Shown: positions 56,049 to 64,000 of the stretch, piece after piece
How positions within the stretch are numbered: the stretch's first letter is position 1
How the letters are laid out: every line of letters begins with the position of its first letter
Assembly (NCBI GenBank): GCA_040399965.1
Contig: JBBARD010000001.1
Coordinates: forward strand, 14,187 to 78,186
Length of the DNA stretch: 64,000 bases
Source of the DNA: Methylocystis sp.
GTDB lineage: Bacteria; Pseudomonadota; Alphaproteobacteria; Rhizobiales; Beijerinckiaceae
Reading direction: 5' to 3'
Translations under genes and position numbers: made by a program
The notes under the pieces: model-generated
Told to the model about the DNA's origin: nothing
Database searches by the model: none
The model's input: only the letters and a program-made list of their open reading frames with translations

Positions 56049-56714
56049 ATGACACGCACGACACAAGCCGATTTCGACGAGGATGGGCGCCTGCTTTTCG
56101 CCGGTCCCTGCGATTTCATCTTTGCCAGCGCTTCGGTTAAGGATTTGCCGGCTGCCGGCGCGCCCGAAATCGCCTTCGCTGGACGCTCCAATGTTGGCAA
56201 ATCTTCGTTGCTCAACGCCCTGACCAATCGCAAGACTCTGGCGAGAGTTTCCAATACGCCGGGCCGCACGCAACAGCTTAACTTTTTCTCCCTGACCGGC
56301 GCCGCAGGCGGCGACGAGCGACTGCGGCTTGTCGACATGCCGGGCTATGGCTACGCGGCGGTCGGCAAGGAAAAGATCGCCGGCTGGTCGAAACTTATGC
56401 GCGACTACTTACGCGGCAGGGCGCAACTGGCGCGGGTTTTCGTGCTGATCGACGCACGTCGTGGCGTCAAAACCGTCGACGACGAGATGTTTGATCTTCT
56501 CGATCAGGCGGCCGTTTCCTATCAGGCGATTTTGACGAAACACGACGAAGTCAAGCTCTCCGAGCGGAGTCAGGTTGTCGAGGAGACTCTCGCGACCCTT
56601 CGCAAGCGGCCTGCCGCCTATCCCGAGCTGATTTTCACGTCGTCGCAGACCGGCGAGGGGATCCCGACGCTGCGCGGCGCCATCGCCAGGCTGTTGCACG
56701 AACGAAAGTCTTGA
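56049..56714 (+). CDS. engB: ribosome biogenesis GTP-binding protein YihA/EngB
   Basis: G1 motif GRSNVGKSS, followed by DMPGYG and TKHD motifs. Confidence 0.9.
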   Translation: MTRTTQADFDEDGRLLFAGPCDFIFASASVKDLPAAGAPEIAFAGRSNVGKSSLLNALTNRKTLARVSNTPGRTQQLNFFSLTGAAGGDERLRLVDMPGYGYAAVGKEKIAGWSKLMRDYLRGRAQLARVFVLIDARRGVKTVDDEMFDLLDQAAVSYQAILTKHDEVKLSERSQVVEETLATLRKRPAAYPELIFTSSQTGEGIPTLRGAIARLLHERKS

Positions 56715-56786
56715 AACTGTCGTGCGGAGCGGTCTAGGTGGAAAGGCGTCGCCATTCCTGATCGCCGTTCCAGAGGATTGCCCGAA

Positions 56787-57656
56787 ATGTCCACCGAATC
56801 CGTCGACAACGCGTTGCAGCAGGCTCGCATTCTCATGCAGGCGCTGCCGCATATGCTGCGCTATGATGAAGCCATCGTCGTCGTTAAATACGGCGGTCAC
56901 GCTATGGGCGACGACAGAGTAGCGCGCGATTTTTCCCGCGATATGGTTTTGCTCGAACAATCCGGCGTGAATCCCGTTGTCGTTCATGGCGGGGGGCCAC
57001 AGATCGGCGCCATGCTGAATCGTTTGGGCGTCGAGTCCAAATTCGCCGATGGCCTGCGCATCACGGATGGCGAAACGATGGGAATCGTCGAGATGGTGCT
57101 TGCCGGATCGATCAATAAACAGATTGTCGGCTACATCAATTCGGAGGGCGGGCGCGCCATAGGCTTGACCGGCAAGGACGGCCGCATGTTAACCGCGAAG
57201 AAGCTGGAGCGATCCGATGGCGTTGATCTCGGATATGTCGGCGAACCTGATCGCGTCGACACCACGGTGCTCGATCAGGTGCTGGGGCGCGAGTTGATCC
57301 CGGTGCTGGCGCCTGTCGCTCAGGGACCGGGCGGCGCGAGCTATAACATCAACGCAGATACCTTCGCCGGCGCTATCGCCGGCGCGCTTGGCGCCAAGCG
57401 CCTGTTGTTTCTCACCGACGTGCCGGGCGTGCTCGACAAGAACAAGCAACTCATCCAGGAACTCAAGGTCGCCGACATTCCCGGTCTTATTGCCGACGGC
57501 ACGATCACGGGCGGCATGATCCCCAAAGTCGAGACCTGTATTTACGCCATTGAGCGCGGCGTCGAGGGCGTGGTCATTCTCGACGGCAAGTTGCCGCATG
57601 CGGTGCTGATCGAATTACTGACCGATCATGGCGCCGGCACGCTGATCACAAAGTGA
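56787..57656 (+). CDS. argB: acetylglutamate kinase
   Basis: Contains VVKYGGHAM and [12 protein letters not shown] 56787 has AGAGGA upstream. Confidence 0.95.
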   Translation: MSTESVDNALQQARILMQALPHMLRYDEAIVVVKYGGHAMGDDRVARDFSRDMVLLEQSGVNPVVVHGGGPQIGAMLNRLGVESKFADGLRITDGETMGIVEMVLAGSINKQIVGYINSEGGRAIGLTGKDGRMLTAKKLERSDGVDLGYVGEPDRVDTTVLDQVLGRELIPVLAPVAQGPGGASYNINADTFAGAIAGALGAKRLLFLTDVPGVLDKNKQLIQELKVADIPGLIADGTITGGMIPKVETCIYAIERGVEGVVILDGKLPHAVLIELLTDHGAGTLITK

Positions 57657-58345
57657 GCGACCTTGCGGGGCGTTTTGCGCGGATCGACACATGGGTGTTC
57701 GATCTTGACAACACGCTTTACCCGCAGACAGCCGATCTCTGGCCAAAAATCGACGCGCGGATCACGCTGTTCATGATGCGTCTCTTCGGTCTCGACGCGT
57801 TATCTCTGCGCGCCTTGCAGAAACATTATTATCATCGCTATGGCACAACTTTGCGCGGACTGATGCTGGAGCATCGCATCGACGCCGACGCGTTTCTCCA
57901 ATTTGTGCATGATATCGACCGCTCTTCTCTCCAAGTCGACCACTCCCTTGCGGCGGCCATCGCCGCGCTGCCGGGACGGAAGCTGATTTTGACCAACGGC
58001 TCGCGTCATCACGCCGTCGCCACGGCGAAGCAATTGGGCATCGATCATCTCTTCGAGGATATTTTCGACATCATCGCCGCCGATTTTGTCGCCAAGCCGG
58101 AGGCGGGAGCCTACGAGCGTTTCTACGACCGTCTGAAGGTCGATCCGAAACGCGCAGCCCTCTTCGAGGACATCGATCGCAATCTGATCGTGCCGCATCG
58201 CCGCGGAATGACGACGGTGCTGGTGACGCCGCCGCCGGGAGAAGCGCCGGAGCGCGAAGCCTGGGAAATGTCCAGCGGTTCGGAGCCGCATGTCGACTTC
58301 GTGACCGACGATCTGGCGGCTTTTCTTGGACGAACGATCAACTAG
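57653..58345 (+). CDS. HAD-family pyrimidine 5'-nucleotidase
   Basis: Contains the [10 protein letters not shown] motif. GTGA overlap with the argB stop codon. Confidence 0.8.
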   Translation: MSDLAGRFARIDTWVFDLDNTLYPQTADLWPKIDARITLFMMRLFGLDALSLRALQKHYYHRYGTTLRGLMLEHRIDADAFLQFVHDIDRSSLQVDHSLAAAIAALPGRKLILTNGSRHHAVATAKQLGIDHLFEDIFDIIAADFVAKPEAGAYERFYDRLKVDPKRAALFEDIDRNLIVPHRRGMTTVLVTPPPGEAPEREAWEMSSGSEPHVDFVTDDLAAFLGRTIN

Positions 58346-58455
58346 ACCGTTCCAACCGATGCATTGCGACCGAACTCGCTTCTATCAGCCTTTCTTCCAA
58401 CAGCTATGCAAAAGACGCATGCTCGACTATGAATTCATATTTTAAGGAGTTATAA

Positions 58456-59835
58456 ATGAAAACGATCCGGCTTTCGGGCATACTCCCGGTCATCAGTCTG
58501 GCCGCATTCGGGCTTGTGGTTTTTGCAAACAGCGCGCTCTCGCAGTCGGCGTCGCCAGCGCGTCGCGCCGAACCCCCGCATCCGGTTTCAGAGACCGTCG
58601 GAAACGCTTCTCCGGCGCAAAATCGCGACCTCGATCTCAAGAAGATCGACGATGAACTTCAGGTCCTGCAGCAATCGATTGACAATCTGACGAAACGTCC
58701 CGGTTCGGGGCTCGAAGCTTCGCCGGGGGCGACGGCGACGCCCACGAGCGTCGTAACGCCCGCAGCCTCCCGCGCCCCGGCGGTTTCCGCTGGCGCATCG
58801 GGCGACATGAGAGCCGGTGTGGCGATCCCGGCCGAGGATCAGTATTTCGGCTTTAGCGGAGAGAAGTCGCCCACGCAGACGTTAATCCTGCTGCTCGTTT
58901 CCGGGATTATGGGTATGGTCGGGCAGGGCGCGCGCACGATCGTCGGGCTGAAAAAGCTTTCTGACACTTCTCAAACTTCCGCCGGCCAGGCGGATGCTTT
59001 CTCCGCGAGCCGTCTGGCGGTCAGTCTGATGATTGGTTTCGTCGCCGGCGTTGTCGGGGGAATGACGCCAAAGGTATTCAATGCGCCCACCATCACCAGC
59101 GACGTATTGTTTTACCTGGCCAGCGTCGGTTACATGGGCGTCGATGTGATCGAGGGTTTCACCAATACAATCTCCTCTAAACGACAGCCAATGCCGGCGG
59201 CGGCCGCGCTCGATCAGACGGCGGCCTCCGCGCCGGCGCCGGAAGGCCCGCCCCCCACCAGTCACGACATTGCGCCGACCCGGCCGCCGCCGCCGCCCGC
59301 CCACAGCTCGAATGAAGAAATCAACGAAGCTCTGCAATACGCCCAGGATATCCAGGGGGCGGCGCAGAAGCACGGCATTCCCGCCGAATATATCTGTGGC
59401 GTGGGTTCGCGCGAGTCGCTCTGGGGGCTCGCTCTGCGTCCGAAAGGACCCGCCGGAACCGGCGATTGGGCTCCGCGCAACGGCCGCATGCCGCCGGATG
59501 GTTTAGGATGGGGGCGCGGATTGATGCAGATCGATTACGCATCTCATCCTTTCGCCCAAACGGGCGACTGGCGCGACCCCGCCGCCAACATCTCCTATGG
59601 CGGGGATATTCTCGGACAAAATTACGATTATTTCCGACGCGCGCGTTATTCGGGCGTCGATCCCCTGCGCGCCGCGATCGCGGCCTATAATTGCGGTATC
59701 GGCAATGTCGAACGTGCGATTCATGCGGGGGAAGACGTCGACGCCCGCACCACCGGCCGCAACTATTCCCAGGATGTCCTGCGACGGGCGGCTCAGTTCA
59801 AACCCTACTTTGGGACATCGACGCTGACGTCTTGA
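58456..59835 (+). CDS. membrane-embedded protein with C-terminal lytic transglycosylase (SLT/GH23-like) domain
   Basis: AAGGAG upstream of the ATG. Signal peptide, short coiled coil, Ala/Pro/Ser/Thr linker, 2-3 Gly-rich TM helices, Pro-rich linker, then SLT motifs RES, GLMQID and AYNCG. Confidence 0.7.
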   Translation: MKTIRLSGILPVISLAAFGLVVFANSALSQSASPARRAEPPHPVSETVGNASPAQNRDLDLKKIDDELQVLQQSIDNLTKRPGSGLEASPGATATPTSVVTPAASRAPAVSAGASGDMRAGVAIPAEDQYFGFSGEKSPTQTLILLLVSGIMGMVGQGARTIVGLKKLSDTSQTSAGQADAFSASRLAVSLMIGFVAGVVGGMTPKVFNAPTITSDVLFYLASVGYMGVDVIEGFTNTISSKRQPMPAAAALDQTAASAPAPEGPPPTSHDIAPTRPPPPPAHSSNEEINEALQYAQDIQGAAQKHGIPAEYICGVGSRESLWGLALRPKGPAGTGDWAPRNGRMPPDGLGWGRGLMQIDYASHPFAQTGDWRDPAANISYGGDILGQNYDYFRRARYSGVDPLRAAIAAYNCGIGNVERAIHAGEDVDARTTGRNYSQDVLRRAAQFKPYFGTSTLTS

Positions 59836-59957
59836 TGAGAGAAATTGCATGCTTGGTGATATGAGGCCAAACAAGCTTCAAATGACGACGCCTGCGGTTG
59901 ACTCCCCACGCCACGCGCCTACAAACCGCACGGACCTTCACAACAATCGGAATCGTT

Positions 59958-60815
59958 ATGCTGCACACAGGTCTTGAGACCCTCATTACCACCGCCTTCG
60001 AGGATCGCGCCAATATCAACGCCGAAACCCAGGGCGACGTGCGCCGCGCCGTCAATAGCGCGCTGAGACTCCTCGACGCCGGCAAATTGCGGGTCGCCGA
60101 AAAGATCGAGGGCGCCGAGGGACCTGACTCCTGGAAGGTCAATCAGTGGCTAAAAAAGGCGGTGCTGCTGTCTTTCCGACTCAACGATATGAGCGTCATC
60201 GCTGGCGGACCCGGCGGCGCGACATGGTGGGACAAAGTCCCCTCTAAATTCGTCGGCTGGGGCGCGGGCGAACATACGGCGGCGGGCTTCCGCTCCGTGC
60301 CGGGGGCCGTCGTGCGTCATTCGGCCTATGTGGCGCCGGGCGCGATCCTCATGCCTTCCTTCGTCAATCTCGGCGCTTATGTCGACGCCGGAACCATGGT
60401 TGACACCTGGGCTACGGTCGGCTCCTGCGCCCAGATCGGCAAGAATGTCCATCTCTCCGGCGGCGTCGGCATTGGCGGCGTGCTTGAGCCTCTGCAGGCC
60501 AATCCGACAATCATCGAAGACGATTGTTTCATCGGCGCGCGATCAGAGGTGGTCGAAGGCGTGATCATCGGCAAGGGCTCGGTGCTGTCGATGGGCGTAT
60601 TCATTGGCGCCTCGACCAAAATCGTCGACCGCGCAACCGGGAAAATCCATATCGGTTATGTGCCGCCCTATTCGGTCGTTGTTTCAGGCAATTTGCCGGG
60701 CAAGCCGCTGCCGGACGGAACGGCGGGACCGTCGCTGTATTGTGCGGTGATCGTAAAGACGGTTGACGCGCAAACGCGAAGCAAAACCGGCGTGAATGAG
60801 TTGCTCAGGGATTGA
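59958..60815 (+). CDS. dapD: 2,3,4,5-tetrahydropyridine-2,6-dicarboxylate N-succinyltransferase
   Basis: 285 aa from ATG 59958. Hexapeptide-repeat left-handed beta-helix with a DapD-like N-terminal domain. Confidence 0.95.
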   Translation: MLHTGLETLITTAFEDRANINAETQGDVRRAVNSALRLLDAGKLRVAEKIEGAEGPDSWKVNQWLKKAVLLSFRLNDMSVIAGGPGGATWWDKVPSKFVGWGAGEHTAAGFRSVPGAVVRHSAYVAPGAILMPSFVNLGAYVDAGTMVDTWATVGSCAQIGKNVHLSGGVGIGGVLEPLQANPTIIEDDCFIGARSEVVEGVIIGKGSVLSMGVFIGASTKIVDRATGKIHIGYVPPYSVVVSGNLPGKPLPDGTAGPSLYCAVIVKTVDAQTRSKTGVNELLRD

Positions 60816-61294
60816 CGCCATTGGACAGCGAGCGCTTCCGTTTCCTCTACCGCAGCGATCAGGGTCGTATTGACTCTCTCACATGGCTGCGCGGGGTGCG
60901 CGCTCTGGCGCTCGCTCTTGTTCCCTTCGGCTTGATCTGGATGGTCCTGGCTCCCTACGCCGATCACGATATAACATCGACGCCGTTTTTCGTTCCCCAG
61001 ACCGTATTGGCCTACGCCTTCGCAATCCTCTACGCCTTCGTCGTGCTGATCGTCGCAGTGAGTTACGTCAATCTTTCCGCGAAACGATTTCGCGACCTGG
61101 GGCGCGCTCCCGCCGTGGGCCTCGCCGGCCTTGCGCCTTTCGCGGCGCTCTTTGCCGGCGCGGCGCATTGGTTGCAGCCTCGCGTCGCCGAGGCGATGGC
61201 GCGCGGCTGGGTCTGGGGCGCAGACGCGATTTTCATCGGAGTCGCGCTCTGGACGTTGTATGAACTGGGTCTGCAACCCTCCAAGGCGCCATGA
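60812..61294 (+). CDS. DUF805 family inner-membrane protein
   Basis: Contains GRIDSLTW and KRFRDLGR motifs and four TM helices. Overlaps dapD (TTG start) and dapE by 4 nt each. Confidence 0.6.
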   Translation: MTPLDSERFRFLYRSDQGRIDSLTWLRGVRALALALVPFGLIWMVLAPYADHDITSTPFFVPQTVLAYAFAILYAFVVLIVAVSYVNLSAKRFRDLGRAPAVGLAGLAPFAALFAGAAHWLQPRVAEAMARGWVWGADAIFIGVALWTLYELGLQPSKAP

Positions 61295-62460
61295 CCGGCA
61301 CTTCTCTCGCTGTCGCGTTGACGCGCGATCTGATCCGCTGTCCCTCGGTCACCCCCCGGGACGCCGGCGCGCTCGGCGTCATCGAGGCGGCGTTGCAATC
61401 GGCAGGATTCGTGACGCATCGGCTGAGATTTAGCGAAGCCGGCACACCTGATGTCGATAATCTTTTCGCAAAGATGGGAACGGGCCAGCCGCATCTCGTC
61501 TTCGCCGGGCACACCGATGTTGTGCCGGTAGGAGACATTGCGCGCTGGAGTCACGATCCTTTTGCCGCCGACATCGTCGATGGCCGCATTTACGGTCGCG
61601 GCGCCTCCGACATGAAAGGCGCAATCGCCGCCTTTGTCGCAGCGACGATCGATTATATTCACACTCACGGCGCCCCGAAAGGCGCGATCTCTTTTCTGAT
61701 CACCGGCGACGAGGAAGGACCCTCGATCAACGGCACGACCAAAATGCTTGACTGGGCGCGTGCGCGCGGCGAATGTTTCGATCATTGCATCGTTGGCGAA
61801 CCGACAAATGTCGAGACGCTTGGCGACACCATCAAGATCGGTCGGCGTGGTTCGCTGAACGGCGTGATCAGGGTCATCGGCAAGCAGGGGCATGTCGCCT
61901 ATCCGCATCGCGCGGCTAATCCTGCTCCGGTCATTGCCCGCATTGTCGCCGCGCTCTCCGCGCAAGCTCTTGACGCCGGAACAACGCATTTCGATCGCTC
62001 CAATCTCGAAGTGACCTCAATCGACATCGGCAATCCGGCGGTGAACGTCATTCCCGCCACGGCGCAGGCGCAGTTCAATGTTCGCTTCAACGATCTTTGG
62101 ACTCTTGAAACGTTGAAAACGCGTCTTCTCTCGATGGTCGAGGACGCCGCCGGCGATGCGACGGTGGAGCTTGAATTCATGCCGAGCAACGCCGTGTCGT
62201 TTTTAACGCAACCCGGCGATTTTTCGGCGCTGGTTTCCCGCGCCGTCACCGAGGTGACTGGCGCCACGCCTGAGCTCTCGACAAGCGGCGGCACTTCGGA
62301 CGCGCGTTTTATTATTCGGGATTGCCCGACGCTGGAGTTTGGACTCACCAACGAGACCATTCACGCCGTGAACGAACATGCGCGGCTTGCCGACATTGAT
62401 GCGCTGTGCGCGATTTACAGACGGATCATCGAGACCTATTTCTCCGGAGCGAGGGCATAA
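61291..62460 (+). CDS. dapE: succinyl-diaminopimelate desuccinylase
   Basis: Contains LIRCPSVTP, GHTDVVP and RGASDMKG motifs (M20 peptidase family). Confidence 0.95.
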   Translation: MTGTSLAVALTRDLIRCPSVTPRDAGALGVIEAALQSAGFVTHRLRFSEAGTPDVDNLFAKMGTGQPHLVFAGHTDVVPVGDIARWSHDPFAADIVDGRIYGRGASDMKGAIAAFVAATIDYIHTHGAPKGAISFLITGDEEGPSINGTTKMLDWARARGECFDHCIVGEPTNVETLGDTIKIGRRGSLNGVIRVIGKQGHVAYPHRAANPAPVIARIVAALSAQALDAGTTHFDRSNLEVTSIDIGNPAVNVIPATAQAQFNVRFNDLWTLETLKTRLLSMVEDAAGDATVELEFMPSNAVSFLTQPGDFSALVSRAVTEVTGATPELSTSGGTSDARFIIRDCPTLEFGLTNETIHAVNEHARLADIDALCAIYRRIIETYFSGARA

Positions 62461-62877
62461 ATGCGTTTTTTGCGCCGGGCGGTCATTTTGGCTGGGCTTT
62501 CGGCACTTTTCCACTTCTCGCAAGCCTGCGCCCAAACTGTGACGATCTCCGAAGCTCTGCCGTTGCGGGCGGGACCCGGACAGCGTTATCGACTGCTCAC
62601 GACAGCGCCGGCGGGCGCAGCGCTGGCTCCCGAGTCGGGCGGATCGGCCTGGACCCGGGTCGATTACAACGGGCGCAGCTATTACGCCGAGACCAGTCAG
62701 CTAAGGGTCGCCGCCGGAGCTGCAGAGACGCCCCCGACCCCGCTAGCCGATCCGACATGCGATTTCGGCTATCCCTATTCGGGCAGCAATATCTTCTTCG
62801 ACCGGCCGCTCGCGAAATTGCGCCATAGCGAACCGTTGGGTTTTCTGTTCGGCTACCATCGTCGCAATCCCTGCTGA
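62461..62877 (+). CDS. secreted SH3b-domain protein
   Basis: Signal peptide, then LPLRAGPGQRYRLL...WTRVDYNGRSYY, which is SH3_3-like. The start abuts the dapE stop codon. Confidence 0.6.
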   Translation: MRFLRRAVILAGLSALFHFSQACAQTVTISEALPLRAGPGQRYRLLTTAPAGAALAPESGGSAWTRVDYNGRSYYAETSQLRVAAGAAETPPTPLADPTCDFGYPYSGSNIFFDRPLAKLRHSEPLGFLFGYHRRNPC

Positions 62878-63137
62878 GCCGGCGGCCATTTCGGTCGGCG
62901 ACCGAGCGTCGTGTGAGCCATCCAGGCAAGCAATGCTTGTGCTGGCGATTATTCGCGCTCGAACAAGAATACGGGAAAAGACCTGGTTAAGGTCAAGATG
63001 AAAAATAGGCCCGTAACGGCTCACCGCCATCACTGTTTCCCGGAAATTCATAACTCATGGCGCGCCTCTGGCGTGGATCCATGGTCGCGGAGTTTGGAGG
63101 AAACCATGAGGAGAGGGCGATAAATTTGGCGCCGCAT

Positions 63138-63257
63138 TTGATGATTTATCAACATTTTATCTCAGGGGGTAAGAACGATAGTTCTACATGATATGGTTTT
63201 TTCTGATTTCGGCGCCCTGATGTCGGATGTCGTTTGCAGGCATGGTTGATGATTTAT
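63138..63257. repeat. 12-nt direct repeat TTGATGATTTAT (63138..63149 and 63246..63257) in an AT-rich intergenic region
   Basis: Read directly. The two copies start 108 bp apart. Confidence 0.8.
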
Positions 63258-63677
63258 AATCTATTGATTTAATGCAATTTAAAGCCGCGGCTTGAGTCAA
63301 CAGCCTCGCCTTTGGCCCCGCGTGCAACCAAACTTTAAAGCCCCTTAACAATTACATAGCATTATGATACCCAACGTGTTGTAAAAGCATAAAACATTAT
63401 TTAGGTCGAAATCTGACATATGTATGCAGCCTGACTGGAGCTTTCCCAATTCCAAAAACCAGAAGTTCCGGAGATCAAAAAAAGTAAACCCGCCAGGGAG
63501 AATGACTGAAACGCCCTGGCGTAAATATCAGGACTGTTATGCGAGGAGTTGATTTTGAACCGTTTGATTGCCGTATCCAGTTCAATTGCACAGCAATTAC
63601 AAGGCCTGTCACAATCAGGAAAAAAAATAAATCATACCCACGCCTGTGATGAAGAAAACAAGGGTCTTGTCAGGTCT

Positions 63678-64000
63678 GTGAATAGATTATTTTGCTGTCT
63701 CTTGTGTTTCAGTTTAAGCGCCTGCGCTTTTTTTCCCGCCAACGGACCTTCGCGTATGGCCATGGAAGAGGCTGGCTCGACAACTCTGCCTGACGGAAAA
63801 AAAACGATAGCGCTGGTTGATATCGACGAATACGCCCTCGGCGTATTATCGCGCCGTCCGGTAGGTACGCTAAGAGGCCTTTTTGGAGATCGGCGGGCGC
63901 CCAGCAATCAGCCCATCGGGGTTGGCGACTCGCTTCAAATCACAATCTGGGAAGCGGCATCCGGCGGTTTGTTTTCGCCGCAGTCCGCCGATCAGGTCAA
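63678..64000 (+). CDS. polysaccharide export outer-membrane lipoprotein (Wza/Poly_export family), 5' part; runs off the right edge
   Basis: Hand translation from GTG 63678: NRLFCCLLCFSLSAC (lipobox) ... PIGVGDSLQITIWEAASGGLF, the Poly_export signature. The annotated antisense ORF 63632..63907 was rejected. Confidence 0.7.
   Translation, partial: MNRLFCCLLCFSLSACAFFPANGPSRMAMEEAGSTTLPDGKKTIALVDIDEYALGVLSRRPVGTLRGLFGDRRAPSNQPIGVGDSLQITIWEAASGGLFSPQSADQV

Noticed and set aside
63269-63340. CtrA-box-like strings upstream of the Wza gene: TTAA-TGCAATT-TAAA at 63269..63283, and TTAA-N6-TTAAC at about 63325.
   Set aside because: One has a mismatch in the second half-site and the other has the wrong spacer (N6, not N7). 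In an AT-rich region such near-matches are expected by chance.
63632-63907. 91-aa minus-strand ORF at the right end of the window.
   Set aside because: The opposite strand encodes a lipobox signal peptide and the Poly_export motif (GVGDSLQITIWEA). The minus-strand translation has no features.

Overview
GC-rich (about 62-65%) chromosomal segment. Gene content points to an alphaproteobacterium, probably a Rhizobiales-type methylotroph or methanotroph relative: three ethylmalonyl-CoA pathway genes (mcd, ccr, ecm) together with the CcrM/ChpT/CtrA cell-cycle module. All family names come from reading the translated ORFs and recognising signature motifs. No database search was possible.

The window is mostly dense housekeeping sequence:
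- Central metabolism: mcd, ccr, ecm, sucDAB, homospermidine synthase, argB, dapD/dapE.
- Envelope: uppP, a class A PBP, ctpA, an EnvC-like M23 protein, an OmpA-like protein, and a partial Wza-type exporter at the right edge.
- Cytochrome c maturation: ccmCDG.
- Replication and cell cycle: dnaN, ccrM, rnhB, chpT, ctrA.
- Translation and secretion: secE-nusG-rplKA, rpmH-rnpA-yidC-engB.

No tRNA, rRNA, CRISPR array, transposase, integrase or recognisable defence gene is visible.

The non-routine content, in rough order of interest:
1. A two-gene cassette of signal-peptide-bearing haem enzymes, a RoxA/di-haem-peroxidase-like cytochrome c plus a catalase-related protein. It sits where rplJL would normally follow rplKA and where sucC would normally precede sucD.
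2. A short BLUF photoreceptor gene packed between the B12-dependent ecm and an OFA-type MFS transporter.
3. Tandem alphaproteobacterial SOS boxes (GAAC-N7-GAAC) upstream of a PA0069-type radical SAM gene.
4. A 0.9 kb insertion carrying a small coiled-coil ORF between nusG and rplK.
5. A membrane-embedded lytic-transglycosylase protein with an unusual domain architecture.
6. Three indel-like or start-codon anomalies: a DUF1640 gene, the small ORF at a (TCG)4 run, and cysQ. These may be real pseudogenisation or may be homopolymer and short-repeat assembly errors.

I did not find a clear-cut new multi-gene system. The haem-enzyme pair is the best candidate.
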